The notes beneath the pieces are model-generated. The model did not search any database. It was not told where the DNA came from and saw nothing but the letters and a program-made list of their open reading frames with translations. From positions 41,017 through 105,016 of the forward strand of contig NW_004797683.1 of the NCBI RefSeq assembly GCF_000002075.1: a stretch of 64,000 nucleotides of DNA. The letters are read 5' to 3'. Both the position numbers and the translations under genes were made by a program. How positions within the stretch are numbered: position 1 is the first letter of the stretch; each line of letters opens with the position of its first letter. Of this stretch, positions 50,405-62,794 are shown in pieces. The stretch is from Aplysia californica. Its lineage: Eukaryota.

Positions 50405-53400
50405 AAGTAAGTCTGTGTGTGTGCTGTATTTAAGTGGTATGTGTGTGTTTGTGTGTCTGAGTGTCTGTGTAGGTGTGCATCCATGTCTCTGCGCACGAAT
50501 CTAACCAGTAAACAAAAGCTCAGGCCTATCATGTCTGTGTTGGATGTGCCCCGTGAGTAACAGCGGCGTGCAGGTGCTCTGAGTCAGACGTGTCTTCAGG
50601 GTTATATTTGTGTTTACAGCAACACATCCCGCGTGTTTCACTAGGCCCGCATATTTTGGCACAGGGCTCAAGGCTGACTATCAACTTTTGGCTTTGAGGG
50701 GGGCAAAAATGAATAACTCTAGAATAGATATTTTTTTTAATGAATACGTAAACAGGACATTTCCAGAGCACGATCAAGGCTTGCCTGTTGGATCATTTAG
50801 ACCCGGTTGAAGGAATCAGATCTTTTCACAGGCCAAACTATATCGCCTGAAAAAATTTGGTGTCGCCGCCTTGTGTTCAGACAATTCTAAGGCTCATATA
50901 AATGTGGAGGAATCTGGCAGATCTAGAAAGAAGGAACAATGGTGGTAGAATGTGTGTATTGTCTGCTCGTTTGTTTTGTTTTCTGAGAACCATCTTGCGC
51001 AATAGGCTCTGTTGTTTTGGGCTGATTCAGACCGAGGTCACAACGTCCTATCCTTGATTTATCCTTGATTACTGTTTACCATAGTTATTTCTAGAAATGC
51101 TGAGCAATCGCACAGGGTGAGAAGCGTGCTTCACTGTTTAAAGCCTATCAACATGTTTAGTGATGGGGACGGTGGAATTCCAGACAGGTTGTCTAAGTCG
51201 CTTCTCACTAAAATGGCACAGGCAGACAACATTGCGTAAGAAAGAAGAGAAAATGCTGACAACAGTGAAAAGAAGCGGAACAATAATATATCAGGAACTG
51301 CGCTTTAAAACCTAGGAAAAAGAATAGCATGAGATAGCTTCTCCCTGAAAACTAAACAAAAATCTTAAAGGTTCACCACAACGGCTTAAAAGGAATGCTC
51401 GGAAAAGAACTTTCGAATTGGTACAGACTACAAAAGAGGAGATGGATGCCAAAGAGATTGCTGTCTTGATTCTTAGATTATGAACTGTAAGTCTGGAAGA
51501 GAATCCTATAGAGGGGATACCATAATAGTGATTGGAAACAGGTTCTCGTTGACTTTAAAAACAATAATAACACCCTGAGAGGGCACCGAGATATAGCTGT
51601 CGATGATACACATCCCTCTGGGGTATCGGATGTGCTCATGAAACCCACCTGGTTTCTGACACAGCGGGTAAATATTTACACTCCGAGGAACTCAAATTCT
51701 ATTTTGAGCGACAGGAACCGTGAGCAGCAATCGTCCGTACCACGCTGGTACTTTCTTAGACACGCGCTCGTCTGCCTCGCGGTGAGCCAACCGGTGAGCA
51801 ATTTGCCATTGTGCAACGTTCAGCGTTTTGCAATGCTCAGCACCAGGTATTTCGTTCGGCGCCCGAATTTCTATAGGCTGCAAATGTTAACGGTATATAA
51901 AAATAAGCAAGGTAGACTCGGGTGATTGTTTGACGTTATCTCTTTCTCGCGTGAAGGGGAAGGTGTGAGGTATATTCAGATATCTTATTGTCTTATTGGT
52001 TTCGGTTACCGGCCTCTTTGTTTTCTCTAGAGCTTGCACAATATTCAAGCGTGCTTCCAACATCGCAAGAGGATACGGCTACCTATATTTTTTTCTTATT
52101 TAGACGAAAGTATTTAATGATAACAAGCTAGCTTTCCTTTTCCTTATTTTTACCCTCTTGTCTTACTTATTACTTTTCGTTCGCTTTTATGTACGGGAAA
52201 TAGAAGAAAAAAAGCAAAAAGTAGAGGGATAGGAAGAGAATGGNNNNNNNNNNNNNNNNNNNNNNNNNNNNNNNNNNNNNNNNNNNNNNNNNNNNNNNNN
52301 NNNNNNNNNNNNNNNNNNNNNNNNNNNNNNNNNNNNNNNNNNNNNNNNNNNNNNNNNNNNNNNNNNNNNNNNNNNNNNNNNNNNNNNNNNNNNNNNNNNN
52401 NNNNNNNNNNNNNNNNNNNNNNNNNNNNNNNNNNNNNNNNNNNNNNNNNNNNNNNNNNNNNNNNNNNNNNNNNNNNNNNNNNNNNNNNNNNNNNGAGACC
52501 ATAATTTGGAGGGCACACCGAGAGGCATTAACTTTCTCAAGTTTACTTTCAAAGGTGATGAGTTGGCAAACGCTACAAGAGTGGCACTGAGCTCTAGACT
52601 CCAAAGTGGGGGAGGGGCAGGAGGGTTTGCGAACAGCACGATCAAGTCTTCCATCGCGCTCCCTCAGATTATAAAAACAAACTAAAACACGAACGAAAGG
52701 CAGGGGAGTCTGGTAATTTCGTTTTGCTTTTTTCTGTGAATTTTTTATGCCCCACTAGAAATCTCGCTCACACCGAGCGTTCCTGCGCGTGTTGCTAGCT
52801 CACCTCTCTCACGCGCATGCTCGCGCGGGCGTCTGTTCACCTGGTGGGTTTTCGCCCTGCCTTATTTAGTCTCCTCGGGCGGTGTCGGTTAGCGCGAGAG
52901 ATTTGCGAGACGTGCAAGTGATGTGTTTGAGAGACTGGGAGCGTGTACCAGAGAGCGAGAGAGAGGAAGAGAGAGAGAGAGGGGGGGGGGAGCGAAATAG
53001 TACTGCAGTATAATACGAATCTGTTTTCTCATCTCGACAGAGACTGAGACAATAACAAACCGGTTGTTTCACCAACAAAAAATAGTGAGTACGGCGGTTT
53101 TGTTCTGTTCTCTCGTATCAGATAACAGAAAACGAATCTGCGCCACCGTCTGAAGAAAGACGCCATGACAATAAATCTGATCTGTCACCTCAAAAGAGGG
53201 TGATCAGAATGAACGCAATCTTCATGTTGAAAGAAAACAATACGGTCGAACCAAAGCCTCTACTCAAGGTATTATTATTCTCTTGACTATAAAGAAACAC
53301 AACAGAGAAACTGTTTTTCAGCCTCTCAATATTCCCAACTTGAATAACGACAAGTCAACATTTCATTTCCTGAAAATGTCGTCTGGAGAAAAATATCAGA

Positions 53401-55570
53401 CAAAAGGAAAAAGAAAGAGTGCTACATGTTCTGGCCTGGGGTCTTTCGCTTCCACGGACAAGGAAAGATTGTGAAAGTTCACAAGGCTGCCGCACCTGTT
53501 TCATGGCTTCAAGAATTGAAAATTAGCCAAGCTGCCTTGTCCTGGCACAGGTTCAAACGGTATGCCTCTCCACTACCTGGGAATGCTCTTACCACACTCC
53601 TTTCGCCTCTATTAGAACACGTCGAATCCAACTCGTGCGCCCCCCCCCCCCCCCACAACTCGTTATCTTTGAGTGAAAGTGTGCTGTGTTAAAAGCTTTC
53701 ACTTTCGTGATGCCTTCTCCTAAAATCCCGCCCCCCCCCTTTCTTCCCACCCCTTTTCTCCATGTCTTGTCCCTCTCTTTCTTTTGGCTAGCTGTCAAGA
53801 AAGTACGGTATCAATTAACTCACTCGTTTTGCAAGAGAAGATATTATGAAACTCTTGCAGATAATTAAGAAAATTCAGAGATATACAAAAACCTCCATCC
53901 TGGGTTTTTTTCCTCCTGTGTTTAAAAAAAATTATTTTCTATGGTCGGTATTTTTCTCCAGTTTAACTGGGGATAGTATATTTAAGCCTTCTGATTTGCT
54001 TTTCATTGTTTCTCACCTGTTGCGTGGATCCAGACACCATCGATCTGTATTATCGAACTACTTCATTCCCTTAACATGCTATAATGTGTATTATTGTGTA
54101 AGGCTCTACGGGGAATTGAGAAATCAGGTGCAAAAGTATAAAAAAATAGAAACTGGCATTGGGTATATTGGGTTTGTAGGACGCATTCCGATTGGTGAAT
54201 AAAATAATTTTTATGCACGACGGAAAAACAGATAATCAATGATTATCTGTTTCCGCATGAGGTGCAAAGTTAGAGAGGGTAACACAATTTACTTTCGTAA
54301 ATGCACACAGGATGGTATTGGTAATGACATAAGGAAAGGTTGGGTTTGTGTACAACGGGGTGACAGGTGAAACAAAATTTGGTATTACATTCTCATGAAG
54401 TTGTTCTATAGAAAGTAAGTTTTGAATAAAAAAAAGTTCTGTAATCAGGTATCACAAATAGTTTCAGGAAACTTGCAGGGTCTTGATTATAAAACTAGGG
54501 GTGGTTTTGGTCAATCATTCATAGGAAACCAAATCAATCAATACACTAGGAAGTGAAATAAAATAAATGGGAAGGCAAACTCAAAACACAGGTGAACACA
54601 GCAACAATTTTATTGGGAGGACAAAACAGTTTCACTCACCTTGGGCTCTTGCTCCACCAGGTTCAGACTGGCTCAATAGGGGTGCAACATCTCTTATAAA
54701 GAGGTATTTTTATCTACTGGGTTCTAAAATTTAATTTCAGGCCAAGAGAACAACATCAGCGGAGAAAGCCGCTAAAGGTTCACTTTAATTTTTTGTCCCC
54801 GGAATTGCTTTGACTGCAGCTTGAAGTTACAGTTTTTTACAATCAAAATATTTTTTATCAGATTTGTTTTGAGTTTTTTTCAGTACTGCAAGCACTAGGG
54901 TCCTTTCCCGTTTGGTATTGTGGCAAGCCGTGGAGTGACAGCCGCAGCTGTACCAAAGTAGGCTTAGTGGACGTGGGAACGACACACTGTTTGAGTTTTT
55001 CACGAAAAGATCAATACAGCAACATCAAAATGAAAATGAAAACGCAATAACACAAACGAGTATGAAGAAAAACGGAGAAAAAGCGAGAGATAGAGAGAGA
55101 TGGAGCGAGAAAGAAAAAAAGAGAGGAGAATACTAAGAGGAATAAAACAAACAACAAAACATTTAAAGGGACAGAAGTCTGTAACAAGGGACACAACCAC
55201 ACAACAGTTTGGGGACTGACAAATAACGAAAGCTGAGACAAAGGGAGGTAATCACCTGGAGTTCCTTGATCTTCTTCTGGAGCTGGGCAACCAAGTTCTG
55301 CTCATCCTCCAGTTTGGAGTTGAGGCCGTTGATTTCCATGTCCTTCCTAGAGAAAATAATAAGATAATGCTTTGTAAAACGATGAATAAAATGTTGAATT
55401 CTAGAAAGAGAACCCTGTTCTGTGTTTTGTTTGAAATATTATGGAAACGCTGAGTGTCATGCTTGTAAAAATCCCACACTTGTGTAGTATAACACTCTGA
55501 TATAATAAACCATAAAACTACTGAGAGGTTGAGAGAGACAGAAAGGCAGAAACAGATTGAGACAGAGACA

Positions 55571-55611
<41 letters not shown>

Positions 55612-55878
55612 NNNNNNNNNNNNNNNNNNNNNNNNNNNNNNNNNNNNNNNNNNNNNNNNNNNNNNNNNNNNNNNNNNNNNNNNNNNNNNNNNNNNNNNNN
55701 NNNNNNNNNNNNNNNNNNNNNNNNNNNNNNNNNNNNNNNNNNNNNNNNNNNNNNNNNNNNNNNNNNNNNNNNNNNNNNNNNNNNNNNNNNNNNNNNNNNN
55801 NNNNNNNNNNNNNNNNNNNNNNNNNNNNNNNNNNNNNNNNNNNNNNNNNNNNNNNNNNNNNNNNNNNNNNNNNNNNNN

Positions 55879-55916
<38 letters not shown>

Positions 55917-56101
55917 TAGGGGGAGATGTCTTAATTAAAGTAGGCATAATTATTATATATCAGGAGTGTGTATGTGTGTATGAATTTATGTGTGCGTGTT
56001 TGTAAGTGTGTGTGCGAGTTTGTTAGTTCATTTGTTTGTTTGTGTGAGTGTATGTGGGGACAAAGAGAGAGAAAGAGTGTTACAGGGAAAGATAGATAGA
56101 G

Positions 56102-56134
<33 letters not shown>

Positions 56135-56195
56135 GAGAGAAAGAGGGAGAGATAGAGAGAGAGAGGGGGGGATGGTGGAAGGAGGGTGGGAGAAA

Positions 56196-56227
<32 letters not shown>

Positions 56228-59200
56228 AGGGAGGGAGAGATGGAGATAAAAAAAAGAAAAACATGTGTGCATTTTGTATAATTTCACACCATTTTCCAAC
56301 AAACACCGACAACTAACGCACCTCATCCAGGGTCTGCTCCAACTTGGTCTTGAGCTTGTTGAGGTGGTTGACCTTGTCCTCCTCGGCCTGCAGATCCTCC
56401 ATGGTCTTCTTCTGCTGCTCTTCCAGGTTCTTCCTGTCCTTGCTCAGCTTGGTGATCTGGTCGTCCTGGGCGGCCATCTCGTCTTGCAGAGTCTTGATCT
56501 GGTTGTCCTTGGTCTGCTTGTCTTGCTCAGCCTATGGGGACGTGGTGGGTGTGGTTTGGAGGTGGGGGAAGGGGAGAGAATGTATAATGATTAATTGTTA
56601 TCTGTGACACGTTTACTGTGGGGTTGTGGGGGTACTGAGAGGGAGGGGGCTTGTCTTTATTGTGTGTGGTGGGGGGGGGGGGTTAAGGGTACAGGTTCTT
56701 ACGTTACAACTTACATCCCACCCCAGCATGATTTTTAAAGATAATATTTAAGACAAAATCGACGTGTTACAAATAAGTCACCTTGAATGTCTCAGTGCGT
56801 GAAATAGAACGAAATAAATGAGTAGACTGAAGGGTTGAGTAAATACAATGAATTTGTTTACAATGTCTATATTTCTCCGATGTGCCATTCTACTGCTGAG
56901 GAGGAGTGGGGGCCGCTTTTAATCCCTCTGCAAAGGGAGGTGGGGTGAAAAAGAGGGAAATGGGAGAGAAGAGAACGTTCCCATCAGTGATAACTTACCT
57001 TGGCCAAAGTGTTCTCCAGATCCTCAATATCCTCCTTCAGGGCCTTGTTGTCGGCGTCCATCTTCTTCCTCTTCTCCTCGAGCTCAGCAGCGGCGTCTTC
57101 CTCGTCCAACAGACGCTCTTCCATCTCCTTGATCTGAGACTCATACTCAGCCTATACACAGACAAAGACACACACAAAGAACAGGCTAGTCAAACATTGA
57201 AGATGTTTGTTAAAAGTGTTAGTGTATTTAACACCACACTGTAAGCAAAATTGGTCGCCTTACTAGTTTCTGGACAAGGAATCAGGAGAAAAGAATTATT
57301 ATAATTATTCATTGTTTTTAGAAAATTAAATTAATTAATTAATTATTTATTATTTTCGTTTTGACTCACCTTATTAACGAGTTGGTGAAACGTTTATTTC
57401 CATGTCTAATTCATTAATGAGCAGGCAGTTTGTTTGGTTTTGGTTGTTATTATTTGTTTGGGTTTTTCATTTTTTTTAAAAACTGAGCTTACTCTATAAA
57501 TCTTGTTCCAAAAAACAAAAATAAATAAATTACAAAGTCCCACTCACCTTCTGGGTAATGAGTTTCTCGATCTTCTCCTCGGCGTCGATGAGGGTGTCCT
57601 GCTCGGCTTGCAGTTGGATGTACAGATCGTTCTTGGCCTGCAGCAGACCCACGTTCTGTTCCTCCAGCTCCTTGCGCAGTTTCTCGGTCTTCTCGAGCTC
57701 GACCTTGGTCTTCTCCAGCTCCTCTTCCTTCTTCTTCATGTCATCCTCAGCACGGGCGATGTTCAACAGAGGCTTGACCTTGACGTACAGACGCCACCAC
57801 AGCCAGTTCTTCAGTCCGAGCCACTTACGGATGTTACGCTGGATCACGCTCAGACCCACTCTGTCGGGGGGCAAAGATTAAAAGTTTAAGGTTTTAGTTG
57901 GATACTAGAGTAAGATTTATTTGAATATTTAGAAAAGTGAAACGTTTCCATTGTAGTCTCAAGAAACATAATTTGGGCATCACAAGGCTATATATCACAG
58001 TGTGTGATAAAAGAGCCAGATGCAAACTGATTTTACATTAGAAGTTAAATGAACTCGAATGAAGGTGACGGATAGATGATCATGTCGTAGTGTGTATGTG
58101 GGGGGGGGTCGTGTTCTGTCAATACATATTCTAAGTTTATCGTTTGTACGCACTATGACGTACGATACGAGTTATTTTGATTTAAAAGCAACCTCCACCC
58201 CCCAATCCACGCCCAATTATACCCTGACAACACCTTTCTCTCAGACAAATACCGACTAGACTCTCAGTCACCAACATCATTGTCTTATACCACAGGCATC
58301 ATTACAAAAACACATAATGACGTTCCCTTCCCTCAGCCAAAGACTACCACAAAACTCCAACTCTATAACATCCCTCCTCACCTCTGGTCCTGCAGTTTCT
58401 TGTAGGACTTGCGCATCAGGTAGCCGCGGATGTTGGCCTGGAACATGGAGATGATCTTGGATAGACGCTCGTCACGCATGTCCTCAAGGGTACCCAGCAC
58501 ACCAGCCTTGAAGAAGACCTTGGTGGTGCCCAGACGGTACTCTGCGGGGTCCAACTGGAGAGCCAGCAGGATGTTCTCAGTCACCTTCTTGCCATCAACG
58601 AAGCCATCGGGAATGGCGTTGGGGGCCAGGATGGAGTAACTGGGGACGGGTGGAAAAACACAAGATGTGTTAAGAGGGTGTTTGTACCTTCAATACCCTT
58701 CACTTTTTACGCTGACGATGTTTTTGATGTTCCTGAAGAGATGGGTCATCTGATGTGTGTGTGTGTGTGTGTGTGTGTGTGTNNNNNNNNNNNNNNNNNN
58801 NNNNNNNNNNNNNNNNNNNNNNNNNNNNNNNNNNNNNNNNNNNNNNNNNNNNNNNNNNNNNNNNNNNNNNNNNNNNNNNNNNNNNNNNNNNNNNNNNNNN
58901 NNNNNNNNNNNNNNNNNNNNNNNNNNNNNNNNNNNNNNNNNNNNNNNNNNNNNNNNNNNNNNNNNNNNNNNNNNNNNNNNNNNNNNNNNNNNNNNNNNNN
59001 NNNNNNNNNNNNNNNNNNNNNNNNNNNNNNNNNNNNNNNNNNNNNNNNNNNNNNNNNNNNNNNNNNNNNNNNNNNNNNNNNNNNNNNNNNNNNNNNNNNN
59101 NNNNNNNNNNNNCTTTTCATTAAAGCTATTAGTATACTAGCTATGTCTTTAAGTATTGCACTCACCGCTGCTTGAACTCAGAGTAGATGATTCTGTTGGG

Positions 59201-62200
59201 GAATCCCTTACGGCAAATACGGATACCCTCAAGCACACCGTTACATTGCAGCTGGTGCAACACAAGGTAGGAGTCGATCTCACCTGCACGAAATGAAACA
59301 CATCTTGATCAAGACGACAAACAGCAACAACAGAGGAACAAACCTGGTTAATACTTCTCTGACGAACTCAATGAGACTCGTCAGGATCAACATCATCATC
59401 ATCGTCACAATCATGATCATCTACATCATCATAATCATCACAACTGGATAATTGAATTAATTGTAATAGTGTTTTGCTTGTAAAACTAAGCTTGAAAGGT
59501 GTTTCAAGACACGTACCTGGCTGCTTGAACTCGTTGGGGATGATACAACGCACAAAGTGAGGATGTGTGCTGTACAAGTTCTTCATCAGTTTGTTCAGAG
59601 ATTCCTGAAAGATCGAGGGCAAAATTAATTATTCACTGGAACTATTTCTCAGAGATCTGTAAGCAGATTATGTGCGATTGGTCATAAAAGGAACATTTTG
59701 TTTTAAGGAGAAAGGGTTACTTAACTTTCAATTTAAAAAAAAAAATTGTATCCACTAATCGTTTGGAAATACAGCAAATCAAAACTTCCCAAATAATAGG
59801 ATTATATTATGTGTATGTATGCTTGTATGTATGCATGTATGTATGTATACAAGCACATAGAATTTACATGTATAATATCTCTGTGTGTGTGCTTGTGTAT
59901 GAGTGAGAAAGAGTGTGTTTCTGTGTGCATATAACATACTATAGTGAAAATATTACATAAACATTTATACACAAATATGTAATCGAAGAAATAGTTGAGG
60001 GGGCAATGAACACTGAAAACTACAAACTGGGTTAAAACACGGTGAATGCAAAGGTAGGACAAGCTGTAGGTAAAACACTGTTTCCCGGGCATCTGCTACG
60101 AAGACAATCACAGAAATACTGAGGTAGGAAACGGGAGGATTAGTGGAGAGGGGGATGGTTTTGTCATGAAAAGCGAAGGGTAAGGAAACGATGGATAAGC
60201 AAAGGGGCTGTCGTAAGATCAAAATATTAAAGAAATATAATCTGTACAATGTTTGATCTAATCCTTTCTTTGGGGGGGGGGGGGACACGCCATGCCTTCG
60301 TTTCAAATGAAACAGATATCTACTCTAAAGATACATTTTTCTAACAATTGTCATAGATACTGACAAGGACTGTGAACACGGGTCGTGTCTACCTTACTTG
60401 CTCAGCAAAATGTATTTGGATGTTTTTCTGAACATTTCTAAACCGTAAGGTGTTACTTCATTTAAATATCGTGAAGCTCACATACATTAATTTTGTAAAT
60501 GACAGCTGGGTGTGAAAAGTAGGTAATTTTTCTATGCTAAAAAAAATAAAAGCATGCCGATATTTCCTAAATAAAGTACTGTTACTATTGGGCATAGAAT
60601 CTAAGATTGGGAACTAAGGGACTTCTAGCTATATAAACTGAGGTGTAAATCTCACATCATGCAGGAAAGGGGGAGAGAGAGAGTTAATTTTTTTTTCTAA
60701 AACAGCTAAGATCAACGCTAACAAATACATTTAAAAGTATTGAAAAGTAACATAAGGGTAGGGAAAGTTGCAGGGCACGTTGAGGGTGGGTTGTCAGGAC
60801 TCGTTAGATGGGTTTGGTGGTCACGCCGGCTTGCTATTGTTTTGGGGTTGTTTTTTTTTCTAGTTCAAAGATAGGTCCACACAGCATAACACTCTTCACA
60901 AAGGGTAGAGGGTTCCAGTCCAGGCTATGGTTCATGTCATGCTACGGCACGGATACCTTGTGCACAGAGGAAATGGTCTGGAAAGCAGATGACTTCTTCT
61001 TCTTAGAGCCACCACCAGCGGGCTCTACAAATAATGAAGAACAATACAAGTTTATTGACAAAATAAAATAAAGCCATGAGGGGGACTGTGGTATTTCCCA
61101 TTTTGGGATGAGCAAGAAGATAGGAAAGATAGAGCTTGAGATATGGTTTCCTCTCCGGACTTCAAATCTGGAAAAAAAGATTGTTGATTTAGGAATGCAA
61201 TATAATGTCGTGATGCCTGGCGGAGTTCTGGTGCATACTGCAGAAAAAGTGGCCAGATATGGGAATGCTTTGAAGCTGAACGCTGATGTCTGTTTCTACT
61301 ATTTCTAAACTTTTCAATTTCTCCTTTTCTAACGCGTTGCTTCTGAAATCTGCCAAGCACCTTTTGACTACAAAGAGCGAAGATAAAACCTACATCTAAT
61401 GCTGAAGCTCCACTGTGATAAAAACCAAGGGAGTCTTCCACTAGAAAACTCAAAAGATATTTCTGAACTTAGGATTGATTTCCTATAGTCTGCAATTTTA
61501 CGCCTGGACTGATTTTTGTTTCAAAACAATTGCCATGAGCTCCAGAGAAAAGATGTCGATTTTCCCTTCTTCGTTATTCGAAATTGATTTGGAAATGATG
61601 TAAAAGTTTACGCCTTGCCTGACCTTGTGCATGTTAGAAACAGTTTGGAAATTGCCTCCCTTTTTCCTTTGTCCCGCTTTGGGCTGACCATCCTCTTGTG
61701 GGAATAAGACAATGCATAAAGAAAGAGACGTTTAACATCTGTCAAGAACAGGCTACCATGTACAAAAGAGAAAACGTTTTCCTTCATTACGCTCTCAACA
61801 ACGATCGCATTTTATTGAAGGACCGTAATCATAGTACATAACGATAATTATATATTATGACCACCACCATTGCGAGCATTATTACTGGGTTCAGAATAGA
61901 GGTTAATTGGTATTGCTACATTTTAACAATGATATCATAAATACATAATTAGATTCCACCATTATTTCTATGTCATTAAATCATGTTTGTTAGTGACATT
62001 GGCATTGAACTTCATATTATGAATTTCACAAGGAAGTAAAAGTACACCTTCTTCTTCTTCCAACTCCTCCACCCCCCACCCCCCCCCCCCCTATTCCACC
62101 CTCCTCCTTATTCTCCTCCTCCTAATTCTTCGCCATCTCCTTACCTTAAATTGTCATTGTACGAAAGTAAGTAGCATTATTAAGATATCTCCATATTATG

Positions 62201-62734
62201 AATAGGCCAANNNNNNNNNNNNNNNNNNNNNNNNNNNNNNNNNNNNNNNNNNNNNNNNNNNNNNNNNNNNNNNNNNNNNNNNNNNNNNNNNNNNNNNNNN
62301 NNNNNNNNNNNNNNNNNNNNNNNNNNNNNNNNNNNNNNNNNNNNNNNNNNNNNNNNNNNNNNNNNNNNNNNNNNNNNNNNNNNNNNNNNNNNNNNNNNNN
62401 NNNNNNNNNNCAAACTAAAAAGTGTTGTATCTAAATCTAATGAACACCTACCCTCGGGAGCGGCGAACAGGATGGTCACAAGAGGCTCCTTGGAGTGGCT
62501 GAGCAATTCAACCACGGTCTCGTTCAGTGGATCCTTGTTCTTCTCCAGCCAGCCGGTGATGTTGTAGGGCACCTAGATGTGAGGAACCAATACATTTGGT
62601 CAGGTGTTGTTGGAGTTGGAGTTGGAGTTGGAGTTGGAGTCTGAATTATGTTGAAAGCTTTTAAAGTAACAAACATTATTTCCTTAAAGACATAATATGT
62701 GAGTATGTGAGGGAAACATTTGTGTGTGTATGTA

Positions 62735-62794
<60 letters not shown>

